Source of the DNA: Octopus vulgaris
Taxonomy: Eukaryota
Assembly (NCBI GenBank): GCA_951406725.2
Contig: OX597825.1
Coordinates: 1,736,001 to 1,800,000, forward strand
Length of the DNA: 64,000 bases
Direction: 5' to 3'
The translations under genes and the position numbers were made by a program. The notes below the pieces were generated by a model that saw only the letters and a list, made by a program, of their open reading frames with translations, was not told the origin of the DNA and did no database searches. Positions 1 through 13,049 of this stretch are shown in pieces; within the stretch, counting starts at the first letter, position 1; the number at the start of each line of letters is the position of its first letter.

Positions 1-14
1 GCATTTTGTACTAG

Positions 15-17
<3 letters not shown>

Positions 18-103
<86 letters not shown>

Positions 104-294
104 GCATACACATATACACACACACATACACACATAGAGAGAGAGAGAGGAAACCACCTTTCGGGTATCACAGTCATTTCAGAAGCAGTTTTTCTTTCCG
201 TCTTCCAAGGGTGCATAATGCTAGTCATTGTAAGGATATACAATTCGCAGTCAAATACGTACATGTGTGTATGTTGTGTGTGTGTGTGTGTATG

Positions 295-348
<54 letters not shown>
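18..348. repeat. Compound microsatellites (TA)n, (CA)n, (GA)n, (TG)n
   Basis: Directly visible dinucleotide runs at 18-148 and 265-348. Confidence 0.98.
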
Positions 349-350
<2 letters not shown>

Positions 351-1264
351 TAGTCAACCTTTTATATATCTCAATTACTTGTTCTAAGGTTCCTTTTCCT
401 AATTTAAGATTGCAGAGTATAATGGTGATCACCAATTAACAACTTACGCTCCACGTGGAGTCAAATGAATTAATGAATAATGGATGTTATCGGTTTCTTA
501 TAACACTGAGCAGCTTGAACGGTCGCCTCTGACCACCCATTTAACAAAATTGTCCACCAAGGAGCAATTCCACATCTTTTTTCGCTTTCTCCCGTTTCCT
601 CCGTACCTTACATTCCCTCGCTTTCAAAGCTTCAGTTTCATATTTTCAAAGTAGGTAGATAAAGTGGTATGTTGGTTCTTGCATTACCTTTAGGAACAAT
701 ATGGGATTTGACTTACTTTAGAAGGAGAGGGTTTCGATTGCATTAGAGGTAGTTCATGATATATATATATATAACAGGCATTTCTTTCTATTGATAATGT
801 GGATTCCTTTTCAGTTGAAATTTTCAAAGCTTTTTTTTTGCTTTAGATACATAAAATATTCTTTTTTATCTTCTTCCTTGCCGTAGTCATAGTAACAAAA
901 ACGAAAAGCAAAATAAAAATTAGTAATCTTGAAGCATCGGCAATTTTCAAAGGATGAAGTAAATATTTCAGTATCGTTTTTTTTTTTTTTTGCTTCCTTC
1001 TTTTTCTTTCTGATGTTGCAATTAGTTAACAAAAGCGTCGTTGATTGGAAAATCCCAACGGGAGAAACACTTGTTCTTTGCATTTCCAAGGGCAGGAATA
1101 ATAACTAGTTACAATTACTCGGAGCAGAACGACTGTCTTATATTCGCAGGTTCACATGTTCCAAAGATGTGTGCATGCGTGTGCGAAGACCCGCGCGCGC
1201 GCACGCATGCATGCACAAAAGCACTCGCACACACAAACACTCACATATATATAGAGATGGGGAA

Positions 1265-1303
<39 letters not shown>

Positions 1304-1399
1304 AACATGATGGATAATGCTTTCGTTTCCCAGGTTCCATTCACAAGTTATTGGCCAACATGAGACTATGGTAGAATATCATCGAATAACTTGCTACGT

Positions 1400-1434
<35 letters not shown>

Positions 1435-1699
1435 TGTGTGTGTATGCATTGAATATGAATTTCACTATACTAATGCAATAAGTAATGTGAATATTCCCCT
1501 GTTGATTAGAATCAGTTGATTATCGTGTTATGGTTGTCTGCCTGGGTAAACTCTAGACGTCTGCAGCCTTTACGTAATCCCCAGGTACAATCAGTGTCAC
1601 AGTATGTCAAAGCTGTTAGGAGCAATTTGAGAAAATTACTTTGTAATATTACTGGATCTTGATGTGGTTAGCTAACAGGATTGTTACTGAGCAGCATGA

Positions 1700-1853
1700 C
1701 GTCCGTCCTTACAATTTGAGCTAAAATTCTGCCGAGGTCGACTTTTTCTTTCATCCTTTCGGATAAATTAAGTACCAGTAGAACACTGGGGTTGATGTAA
1801 TCAACTTACTCCCTCCCCCGAAATTGCTGTCCTTATGACAAAATATGAAATCA
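1700..1853 (+). mobile_element. SINE family A, 5'-degenerate copy, tail type 2
   Basis: Core GCCGAGGTCGACTTT..TTTCATCCTTTCGG-ATAAATTAAGTACCAG shared with 23708-23941; tail ctccctcccccgaaattgctg..ccttatgacaaaatatgaaa. A second degenerate head follows at ~1875-1960. Confidence 0.88.
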
Positions 1854-4059
1854 ATATTATTGAACCTGAACGTTGTGGACTGGCACAAGCGTTAGCAAAA
1901 TACTTAGGGGTTTACCTCATGATTCTTTACGTTCTGATCTCATATCCAGCCGTGGTCGAACTCGGAACTTTTTAACCATTAGGCCATTCGCTCTTGTATG
2001 TGAGGAAATAATCCTGCGTTATTTCAAACTTTAAATGTAGATATGATTTGATTATGTGATTATTTTCTCTTTCCAAACAAATAATCACTTACAAAAAATA
2101 TTCATTATCCTAAACAAAAACGAAGGGTAAAAAAATCATTTTATATAAACGACGGCAGATAAATCAATAGAAAATACAATAAAACATCCTGAATATATTT
2201 GCGAGTAAAGTAAGTAACAATAATTCCAGTTGTATTCTGTCGTTCTATTTCTAAGGAGTCCCTCAAATAACATTCTATTCAGAGAACGAAAGCGTACGGA
2301 AGCATATCTTTGACTTATTGTCACCAGTTGAATAGTCATCGTAGTTTTTGCAGAGAACAGATTTCACAATGAAATCAGAATGGTGGAGTATTGTATGGGG
2401 AGGTCGATAACTGTACGAAACAGCAATTGTTCCTTACAGAAGGATGTTGCTTTATTTTCATTTTCTTTTAACCAATGTTTACGATGCATAAAGCGAATCA
2501 TTTTTCATCCTGATTGTAAATGGTCGACAGATAATTCTTGACTGTTGTATTTATTTATTTATTTCCCTTATTTATTGTCTCTACAATGGAGTGAAGAATA
2601 AATCTAACCGAATTCTGTAACATATTGTTCCAGCAAGTATTTCCTACTAAATATCTTTTTGATGTCCCTGTAAATTTCAGAGTGCCTTTTGTCGTTCGGT
2701 GCAGAGTGCTTTGTCGACTGAAGTCAACAGGAACAACTGCTCCAGCATTGGATAAAGTAAAATGGATGAAAGTAAATAGAAGCGTTAAGAATTTCCATGT
2801 GATTTCATTTGATACCCAACGTTATTCATCTTAGTCAATCAGATTCTTAGGTAAACTATTTCTTTTATATATTACGAACTATTAAAATTATTTTAAAGAA
2901 TAATGTAAGACACACTGAAACATTTTAGTTTCATTTAACTGTCTCTACAATATACCACATAATGCTTGATCTAACGTAAGGGCCCATCATCTGATTAAAC
3001 GACCTCATCCTAAGGGCAGCATCAACTAGTAACCTAACTTCGTAGACAAAACAAACAACAAAAAATACATAGCACAAAAAAAATGATATACAACGTATCC
3101 AAATAAAAGTTGGGTTGATCAAGGCATTTGATCACTGGAAACAGCCATGACCTAAGCATCAACAGCAACAAGAACTGCATTAAAGTCCAGTCGAAGTAAG
3201 ATCTAGGAAAAGCAAAGAAATTTCCTTCCAAAGTTCAGATTACTAAACGAATAAACGAATAAATGAGTAAATAAATAAATAAATGAATAGATGAAAATTT
3301 CGCTTTGGATGATATTGTCCTCAATACACACTATACTTGGAAGAAGTAAAAACCGCAGATGGTCACAGCTAAAACAGCTTTGATCCATTTTTTTGCTTCG
3401 TCGGGGAGGCTTACTTAAGTACTAAACATGAACAATTACTGGTGCTGCTTCTCCAACCACCACCACCATTACTACTGCTACTACTGCGGCGACTGCTGCT
3501 ACTGTTGTATAGTATATGTAATATCAATTGAGTTAGAAATAAAAACAGTCTAAATCACTCAAACTTAACTTCTATGATAAAGAATTGCTTGGTTTGAAAG
3601 AATTACGATACGTTACGTATGGCTTAATAGAAATGTTCTTTTGATATTTCAGTTAGTGTAGAACCAATGTTTCATTTTTCACGTGGAGTGAATCGAAAAA
3701 CATCAATGCTCCATATATTTCTTTCCCATGTACAAATATTTCATTTTGTTCAATTGCTTGTTTCCCCAGCAAACGGTTAGCGCAGAAAATATTAAGTATC
3801 GAGCAATATACTTTTCTTTTTATTTCCCCCTTTTATATTATATTTTCTTTTTCTTTTTCTGTTTTTAGATCTAAGAACCATTAAGTTGTGTTTATTGTGG
3901 ACAATACTATCTGACATTTCTCATGAAGCACACATACGCTCAAACACGCACACACAAAAGCTCAGACACATCCACACACACATACACATATGCACACACG
4001 AATACATGCACACGTGCAGCACATACAAATACATCTTTTTATGGATGTAACTGTAGATT

Positions 4060-4060
4060 G

Positions 4061-4095
<35 letters not shown>

Positions 4096-4132
4096 AAGTA
4101 GATATATATGTATACATGTACATATATATATA

Positions 4133-4173
<41 letters not shown>

Positions 4174-4202
4174 AATGATCATGTCATATATATATATATG
4201 CA

Positions 4203-4241
<39 letters not shown>

Positions 4242-4415
4242 GTATATATATGTGTGTATATATATAAATACATACACACACATATATAGCGTGTACATAT
4301 ACATTTCTATACGTACTTGTATATATTAATATGTATACCCATATATACATGCATATGTAAGTCTACGTATGTATAGACACATATATACATACATTTATGT
4401 ACACACACACACACG
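4060..4415. repeat. Compound (TA)n/(CA)n microsatellite field
   Basis: Visible; explains the YIYI ORFs at 3923-4350. Confidence 0.97.
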
Positions 4416-5314
4416 AAAACATAATAAATAGTTCTTTTGCAAACGAAATATATTTAGAGGAATAATAAAGTCAACACGAAAGCAGCATCGGCAGCTTTAG
4501 GCGAGTTTACAACAAAGCGCTGAACTACGAGGTTTAAGTGCAATAAGAAAGTTTAAATAATACTTCTCCCCACCAAAAATAAAACCAAACAAAAACAAAA
4601 ACAAAAGTTTTTTGCATCAATAATAACTACTGTTGCTTATGATTCCAGTACACGACAATTTACGTCATGTTAAAATTTCTAATTTCCTGTGTTTTCTTCG
4701 ATGATGATGTAAGGTGCGCCTGCTGAAAGCCAGTGCGCTATAGGTCCTTCCCCTTTCAAACCATTGAAATTGTATAGAATATATCACGAACGTTTAAGTA
4801 CGTACATTTTAGAAATGTTATGTACTAATATTTAGTCTGATAATGTAAATACTGTTGGTGATTTTGTTTCTTTTTTCTATGTTCTTGTACGAGTAATGTG
4901 AACGCTATTTTCCAAATCGTTTTAAACGTTTTGAAGTATTTCATGTGTACAGTATAAACTTTATTATTTACGGAAATCAAATAAACGGTTTAGTTTCTTT
5001 TCATTTTAATATAACTTATAAGTTATAATCCAAATGGTCTTGCTGATTTTGAAAAGCTTAGAATTTCAAATACTTTTCTCATAAATACATTTGTATCTAA
5101 TATTCATTTTTATTTTCTTATTCGTTTTCATTCGTTTCTAAAGCTTAAGGCAAATAGACTCAGTTCTTTGAAGAAACCGCCTCAAACGCTACAATTCTCA
5201 CGTAAAAAATGTAAATAACAAAACGCTAAACGTTATTTTTCGAATTAAAATGAATATATATTATTTCGTGGAAAAGTAATAACAACCGTAAAACACATAG
5301 TTTCGTTCAAAAGT

Positions 5315-5545
5315 AAACATGGCGGCCTTTTCACAGTCGATCGACTTACTGGGGGGAGATGAAGGCTAATTTAATCTCCCACAAACTGAATCTTACCATC
5401 TTTAAAAGGGACACATCGGCTTGCGTAGTGCGGAGTACAGTATTCATGAAAACAAAAATAAATAAAATGAATGGCCGTAATGCGAAGTTTTTAATAACAA
5501 GTAAGCTTGATCAGAATCGTTTGAGTCTAAACAAAAACAACAAAC
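5315..5545 (+). mobile_element. Family C repeat (SINE-like, (CAA)n tail), degenerate
   Basis: Same block order as the 13050-13860 copies: gtcgatcgac..aatctcccacaaac..cttaccatctttaaaa..gatcag..gtctaaacaaaaacaac. Confidence 0.65.
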
Positions 5546-5934
5546 ATTCTCAGATTATAGGACTTCAGAGCGAATTGGAGACAAGAGAAATCCGAGTGCT
5601 TTACTTGGAATATGAAACATTACTGGTGTACTTTGCATGGAAAATTATTGATGTACCTCACATTCAAATTGTTGAGTCTTTTGTTTTATTAGTCATGTGT
5701 TTATACAACAAAATTATGAAGAATTTATGAAGAATTTTCAAGAGGCTCAAACATTAACGTCGATATTTTGAAATCTTTTGAATATATATTTAAAAGTGAC
5801 ACACTTTAACACCCATTTAAGGGCACGTGTGCGCCGTGTATCTTAGTGTCTCCACTGCAGTGAACACAAGCGTAAATATAGATGCCCCTTTGTATTTTAA
5901 ATGGCTGCTGAAACTCTAGTGTCATGTGATTACG

Positions 5935-6096
<162 letters not shown>

Positions 6097-6211
6097 TTCC
6101 TGTCTTCTTTTCTCTCTGTATATACGTCGAATTTCGGGAAGAAAATGTACGTATCATTTGAGCACAGGGGTCGATGTAATGGCTTACCCTTCCCCTTGCA
6201 CCTGTTTAAGA

Positions 6212-6273
<62 letters not shown>
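6212..6273. repeat. (ATT)n/(TAA)n microsatellite
   Basis: Perfect trinucleotide run abutting an R4/Dong-type LINE fragment. Confidence 0.98.
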
Positions 6274-6274
<1 letters not shown>

Positions 6275-6996
6275 TTCTATTTGTCCAACAATGGCTCCAC
6301 AGTATTTTTTACATGCCACACTAAGCTGTTTTACTCTGCTTCGATACGATCCTGGCAACTGATGAAACCTCTCCCACCCATTCTTCTAGACAAGTGCTGC
6401 CTATCGGTGTCACTCTCAGTGTGGAAGGGTCAGTGCACTGTCGGTATTTTTGAATCATCGTATCCATGTGCATCAGTTCTTTCTTTTGCCACTTCATGAT
6501 TCCAGCTTCCTACCCAAGTCATGCTATCACCTACCTATTAACTGATTGGATTTTATTCCATTCAGTCAATTTCGAACGCAACACCATTCTTAGTCTCCGG
6601 AAATATTTCATTTTCAGTTGTTCCTTCATTTCCTTCTCCGTGATTTCGTTGAACTCCAGTATGCCAAGGTATTTGTAGCATTCCTTTTCAATTTGCTTAA
6701 TCCGTTCTCTGTTAGGTGATTCTATTTCTGCTAGGATCTGTACCCTGCCTCCTTTCGGGTACATTATATCACACTTCTTGAGTCAGAATTCCATCCGAAT
6801 TGCAGCAGAACAAAAATCAGTGGACCGTGTTCAGAAAAGAACTAACTTGTGCCTCATTCTTATCATACAACTTCAAATCAACCTTGAAGAGGAAGTGGTT
6901 GATTGTTTGAGATTTTCCCTTTAGCTGATGTCCCAGGTTCATTTTCCGAGGTACCAAGGTCAGGGGGAATCATGAAGAGAACAAAAAGCAACGGCG
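6274..6996 (-). mobile_element. R4/Dong-clade non-LTR retrotransposon remnant (RT C-terminal half), pseudogenised
   Basis: Minus-strand translation across frameshifts gives SPLLFVLFMIP, INHFLFKVDLKLY (decayed NHLLFMDDLKLY active site), YKYLGILE..EMKEQLKMKYFRRLRMVLRSKL..NKIQSVN and [19 protein letters not shown] (cf. SDVDRLYLPRKEGGRGL). Confidence 0.88.
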
Positions 6997-7130
6997 ATTC
7001 CGCCTAGGTCGACTTTGCCTCTCGTCTTTTCGGGCTCGATAAATTAAGTACCAGTCAAGTACTGGGGTTGATATAACCGACATTTCCCTCCCACCAAAAG
7101 TTCAGGCCTTGTACCAATAGTAAAAGGGAT
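6997..7130 (+). mobile_element. SINE family A, 5'-truncated, tail type 2
   Basis: attccgcctaggtcgactttgcct..gataaattaagtaccagtcaagtactggggttgat..ggccttgtacc. Confidence 0.88.
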
Positions 7131-7525
7131 CATCATCATCATCATCATTATATAGCTGTTCAATATTTTGTAGATTGAGGTAAATTTCTACTGCATCACC
7201 TGCTACACCCCCGTGTCGTTGGGGTGTGTGCAGCATTGCGTGTTCTTTTCTGCTGATGGGAGTGTGCGATCTCTTCCCGGTACTGTATTGTGTTAGCTTT
7301 TTTCCCTTGAGGTGTGGTTCTGTTTTTTGTTGTGTTACTGCTTATATTGTGTGTTGAGTATGGAATGCTTTGGGTTTTTAGGCTTGCTGGTGGGAGTTTA
7401 TTTCACTGGGTAAATGTTGTATAGAGTGTGTCTTGTATTTGTGGGTTGTTTTGTTTAGGTTGCATTATTGAATTGATAGTGTCTTGCGTAGGATGTGGAC
7501 TGTTCCTATCAGGGCAAATTTTTAG
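7131..7525 (-). mobile_element. R4/Dong-type LINE 3' end (ORF terminus plus 3' UTR)
   Basis: 7521-7465 reads KFALIGTVHILRKTLSIQ*, matching the RLE-domain terminal motif QKxALLGTAxILRKxL; followed by a CA-rich UTR and a (GAT)n tract. Confidence 0.75.
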
Positions 7526-7528
7526 ACA

Positions 7529-7588
7529 GTATGTATGTATGTATGTATGTATGTATGTATGTATGTATGTATGTATGTATGTATGTAT

Positions 7589-7641
<53 letters not shown>

Positions 7642-7660
7642 GCTGTTGTTGTTGTTGTTC
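7529..7660. repeat. (TATG)n-(TAT)n-(TGT)n compound microsatellite
   Basis: Directly visible. Confidence 0.98.
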
Positions 7661-7835
7661 ATAAACTCACAACAAGTTAAACTGTCGAAAAAGAAAAATT
7701 CCTAACATCGGGCTACAACAAGTAACCTTAGATGTCAAGAACCCTAGCTGTCCCAAATAACACTGCTTCTTGAAGCTGTACTAAACTGGGGTTTATACCT
7801 ATTTCCTCTGTCCATCTGTTCTAATCTTTAGAGGT
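7661..7835 (-). mobile_element. R4/Dong-type LINE 3' end (second subfamily)
   Basis: Minus strand reads WTEEIGINPSLVQLQEAVLFGTARVLDI* (cf. LQKTALLGTARIL), then a short UTR and (CAA)n(TAA)n. Confidence 0.78.
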
Positions 7836-8011
7836 AATATTTAATGCAAATTATTAAATGAGTGAGCTGGCAGAATCTTTAGAATTCCCGGGGGAGATGC
7901 CTTACAGTATTTCTGAGACATCGCCAATGCCAATAGTCATCACTCCAGGCTCGATAATAGGGTTTTCTTTTTGTTCAAATTTGAAACCATTATTGCTATT
8001 ATTGGACTAAC

Positions 8012-8102
8012 CATCATCTTTTTATATCTTATATGATAATCATTAATGGATTCTGTAATACATTTTTTTGCCTGTTCTGTAACTTGTCCAGGTTGACCAC
8101 AT
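8012..8102 (-). other. Candidate internal coding exon (unverified)
   Basis: Acceptor ttcatactttttAG, donor ATG|GTTAGT, open frame CGQPGQVTEQAKKCITESINDYHIRYKKMM; no recognised homology. Confidence 0.25.
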
Positions 8103-9219
8103 CTAAAAAGTATGAACTGTTAGACCACCCATTGCTGTTAATATATGGTCCAGTAGACAGCATGCTGCAGTGTAAAGTAACGGCCCCAATGTCAGCACCC
8201 TTCAGTTGTACGGAAATCTTTATTTGGCATTATATTGTTATAAGGAAAAACTTACTTTTCAAAACAAAACATAACTATCTCTGCATAACACTTTATTTCA
8301 AAGGTGGAAAATACTAATAAAAAAAAAAATGGTGGGATGTATGCGTTTGAAATTATGATCAAAGTGTAACTGATTAATTCTCAACTATACGAAATCATAA
8401 ATTCAGAGACAAATCAGAGATAATTTGTTAGTAAAGAATGAAGTCATATTCAGATAAGAAAATTGAACAGTTGAACCAGTTAGAAGGATAGATGGATTAA
8501 AAAGCTATTCTAATTGACGTAAAGAAGGAAAAAAGAATATTATATATATGTGTGTGTATACATATATATTTATAAATATATATATAGATGTGTATGTAAG
8601 TATGTGTGTGAGTATGTGTGAATACATACATATAATTATATTAGGAAGTGCGCTAAGAATGCGCTTTTGTAGTCTTATAGAAATAAATAAATAATTAAAT
8701 AAATATATAACTTTCTGCAATCTACCATTTGTATGCTGACATGTTTGACAAATTACGTACACAAATATGTTGACATCGCTTCCAAGAAAAAAAAAGAAAG
8801 AAAAAAGAACGAAAATCAATTTGCAGATAATACTAGTAATAAAATAAAACAAATAAGTTTTGTAGTAGCTGACAATTACATTATGTCTTGAAGGAAATAC
8901 TTTTGCATTTGCAGAAATGCAGCTAGTAAAAAAAGTGTGCATAACTGCATATTTACAATTAAACTGCAATATCAAAAAAGAATGAAACTTATTGCATTTT
9001 TAAGAACATCAGTCATTGGACCGTGACGAAAGTGGGGCATGCACTCTATGGGTCTTACTCGATTATATCGAACCCAGTAATTGCTAGGCACTTAACTTGA
9101 CAGCCAAAGGCGATCTGGGCAGGTAATCAACTAATTAACGCAAGGTACTTTTATTCAATGCCCTGAATATGTTATCACATGACTATGCATGTAGGCAAGC
9201 ACGCATATACCTATATGCA

Positions 9220-9265
<46 letters not shown>

Positions 9266-11083
9266 AGAGAGAGAGAGATTGAGAGAGAGATGGAAGTATT
9301 GCTGTTTCTATTTCTTAAATAGCTTACAATAGATATAACAGAAGAAAATTGGCAAAAGTCTGCACTTCGGATTGAACCTGCTACCATGTGTTTACTGTGT
9401 GGACGTCTAATCAACATGGTTATATGAACAACTCCCGTTATACCGAGATGCCAAATGTAAAAATAGTTGCTTTCCCACAAAGATCAGAAGCGAAATATGT
9501 AATCGTACTTTATACCGCAAGTTATACTCGTTTATATGTTAGATGAGACGGTTTGACAAAAACATATGGAGTTGCCATTTCTACATTACATATTTCTCAT
9601 TATATTCATTGTAAATACAACGAAGAGAATAGAGCCATTAATCGATTTGATGTTATCCGATTAATTCCATCTAATAGCTCATGAATTGCAAGAAACTTCA
9701 GTGACATATCTCTTTCTTCTGCTAAATATTGCGCGTAGTTTGGTCATTTCTGTGGAATACGAAAATCAGGTTCTGTGAACACAATCCTGCACTAAGCTGA
9801 CTCTTTTAAACATCAGAGATAAATTAACAATAATTTCATTTTCTTGTTCATACATACATTATACAGCAATGTGATATAAAGGAATTTCAGGATATATAAC
9901 ATCTACATCTGTAGGGTGACGGACTCGATGAGAATGTGTTAGGAAAAAAGGCAAAAATGTTTAACATTAATACTCATGTTTTGATCATTATGTTTGGTTC
10001 TCGTTGTATTGCAGCGTCCCTCTGCGAGAAGGCGTATGATGCTCCAAGTTTGCTTTTTTTTTTTTTGGATCGTCTTCACGTCTTAAGAATACTAACTACG
10101 AAGTATGGTAGGTACACATTCCTTTACGCCATACCCCAATCGATGAAGCATACATCGTGCCCCATTTCGGTCAGAACTTTCTTTAACTGCTTTTTTGAGA
10201 GCATATAAAAGCTCCCTTCGATTCTCGAGGAGCAGGAGTATGCTTCTTTCACCCTAGACCTTTATTCGATGAAATCTTCGGTCGATGAGGCACAACATTT
10301 TTAAACATACCTCTAGACGCATGTCTTTTTTTCTTCTGGGAACTAATCCATCTCCAGTGTTTTAAGTAGAAAAGTGTAGTGCCGTTTTGGTTCTCCCTAA
10401 GGGATTCTATTGTTACAGTTGCATTGGTTGGTGCTGTAACCGTAAACGTTTTTCATAGTATTGTTCAGAGTGTAAATATCTTTTTATTCCCTCAAGGTAA
10501 ACAGGGTGGACACTCACAATTTTCAAAGGCCCGTATTAAATGCTTTGAAAGCCCCTCTCCACTATATATGTTTTCCTAAAGTAAATATAAACAGATCACA
10601 GGGATGTCTTTGTCACGTCGACTCACTGCAAACAGTGATAACAATAAACAACGAGGAAAATACTTTAGTGTTCATAATGGCCGATATATATACTATACAA
10701 AACGCGTCATGCATTTTCTAAGTACGCTGTGATGAATCGGCCAAAAATACGTGCGTGTGTTTAGTCTATTTATCATATTTGAAAAGGAGACATATACAAA
10801 AACATACCTGGGACGTAGAGTAGAATATAAATAGCGAAAACTATGCAAGCAAACATTCTACAGAGACTACTATTAATACCAATGACACCAGTTAAGACAA
10901 CTGACAAGTCTGCAGCTCCTCCTTAACGATACACAAAGGAAAACAGAATAAATCGACAATTCTTCAAATCAGCAGCAATCCAAACAACAAAACATTATTG
11001 TAGATACATAAATACTTATGCAGAGGCATCATACACATACACTCATACACACATACACACATACATAGATGCATATATACACT

Positions 11084-11123
<40 letters not shown>

Positions 11124-11605
11124 TCATACATCCATCCATACATACATGCATACATGCATACGCATATTTTTGCCTTCAAGAACATTGTTTAGACAGCGTT
11201 TGCGGATAAAACTTCGACTTCAGCTGCAGAAACGACTCGGCAACAATGGCGACGCCGGAGACAATGATTAGGAGGAGAGGAGGAATGCTGGGATTGATTT
11301 TGTTGGAGTGGAACACACGACGAGAGGTTTGGTTATGGTAATGATGATGACTGCGATGATGGCGGTGATGAGGATGATGGTTATGATCATGGCAATGGTA
11401 ATTATGCTGATAGCGGGGGTGATGCTGATGTTGGTGTTGTTGTCACTACGAAAACGACGAAAGCGATAAATTCTGCCTTCATATGTTTCTATCTACAAAC
11501 ATCAGGGATAATTAAACCCAATAAAGTACGGCTGTTGTATAGAACCATACATTCTACTTAGATATGACCAAATGGAGAATAACAGACGATGGATAATTGT
11601 CAGCT

Positions 11606-11607
<2 letters not shown>

Positions 11608-11658
<51 letters not shown>

Positions 11659-11758
11659 CATACAAACATATATATATATAGTGTGTGTATGCATGTTTGC
11701 GTGTGCACATACTTATATATACATATGTGCCTCTGTGTGTGTGTATATATATATATAC

Positions 11759-11799
<41 letters not shown>

Positions 11800-11808
11800 G
11801 CACACACG
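11608..11808. repeat. (TA)n/(TG)n microsatellite field
   Basis: Directly visible. Confidence 0.97.
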
Positions 11809-12556
11809 TATTTCTGAATTACCTTCAGCGGGCGATATCTGGACTGGTTATGATCAGGCAGCTGGATCTCTTGTGACAATCGTTGAAATGAAAATGAAAA
11901 TCGTCCTTTCTTTGTATGCATCTCATCATTGAGAGCAAGTACAGATCAGACCTATGACGAGAGGCATTCAAGCCATGGCTGTGTCACTTGTCTAGGAAGA
12001 GGCAGTGTGTCCATGATGACATTATAGAAGGGATTATTTAATTTTTCAGTGATATTGTCTACTAAATTACACAAATAATCTCCGTAAACTGAATTTCTTC
12101 AATTGATCATATGTGAGACTGCATCGTATATTCAATCAGTGTGTTTCAATCTCCCTTGAGATATCCATAATATTATGAATGTTCTCAACATTTCGTAATC
12201 ATGAGCACTGCATTCCTTCTGTTTATTAATCGCTTTTATCTTGCCGACTGAATAAATATACTTCAGTGAAGAGGTTAAATGGGGCAGAAACACATCCGTT
12301 TCTATCACCAGATACATATGACCAAAGTAAACACACCAGTCTTCCCTGTGAATATTATATGCTGTCCACAAATTCCGATCAAATAATGTTATTGGTGATA
12401 TAAACACATGGAGGGAGTAATGGATAATGCCTGTATAATCAAAGGCGAATGAAAACTTTTGGTTCACTAAATTTCAAATATGAAATCCATATTTGTATTT
12501 AAATATCACAAGACACATAGTTGTGCTTCAAGAAATTTACAAGAGTAATAGTGATT

Positions 12557-12752
12557 TCAAATTTTGGCATAATGCCATCAATTTAGAGGCTGGGAGGGAG
12601 TTGATTGCATTGATACAACTGTATAACTCCTACTTATTTCATCGACCCCGAGGGGATGAAAGGCAAAGGCGACATCAGCGGAATTTGAACTCAGAACATA
12701 AGGGCGGACGAAATACCGCTAAGCATTTTGGTCAGCGTGCTGACAATTCTGC
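12557..12752 (-). mobile_element. SINE family A
   Basis: tacttatttcatcgaccccga..ggatgaaaggcaaag..ggaatttgaactcagaac..gacgaaataccgctaagcattt. Confidence 0.9.
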
Positions 12753-12821
12753 ATTTAGTGAAGAAAAGTTACAGAAGTAATATTACTATTAATAATAATA
12801 ATAATAATAATAAGGATAGTA

Positions 12822-13020
12822 CTTTCTACTGTAGACACAAAGCCTAAAGTTTTGTGGGAGGGAGTTAGACGATTCTGTCGACCCTAGTGCTCAAATGCTG
12901 CTTATTTTAGTGATCCCGAAAGGATAAAAGGCAAAGCTGACCACGAAGGAATTTGAACCCAGAGCGGAGACAGCCGGAATAAATGAGCAATCTTTTCAGT
13001 GCACTGATGATTCTGCCACT
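12822..13020 (-). mobile_element. SINE family A, older copy
   Basis: gtcgaccctagtgctca..cccgaaaggataaaaggcaaagctgacc..ggaatttgaacccagagcg..gattctgcca. Confidence 0.82.
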
Positions 13021-13049
13021 AAAATAGATGCTCATTGCAGACTAAGAAA

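Noticed and set aside
5316-5327. AACATGGCGGCC, a YY1-like/start-codon motif
   Set aside because: It lies at the decayed 5' end of a family C repeat (compare aaaatggcagcc at 13246).
8060-8110. FRCGQPGQVTEQA as a retroviral Gag zinc knuckle
   Set aside because: Three of the four CCHC ligands are missing, and there is no other gag/pol or LTR signal nearby.
9985-10330. Possible CRE-clade LINE end (SIGVW, FSQRDAAIQRE on the minus strand)
   Set aside because: Only two short fuzzy motifs; not distinguishable from chance by eye.
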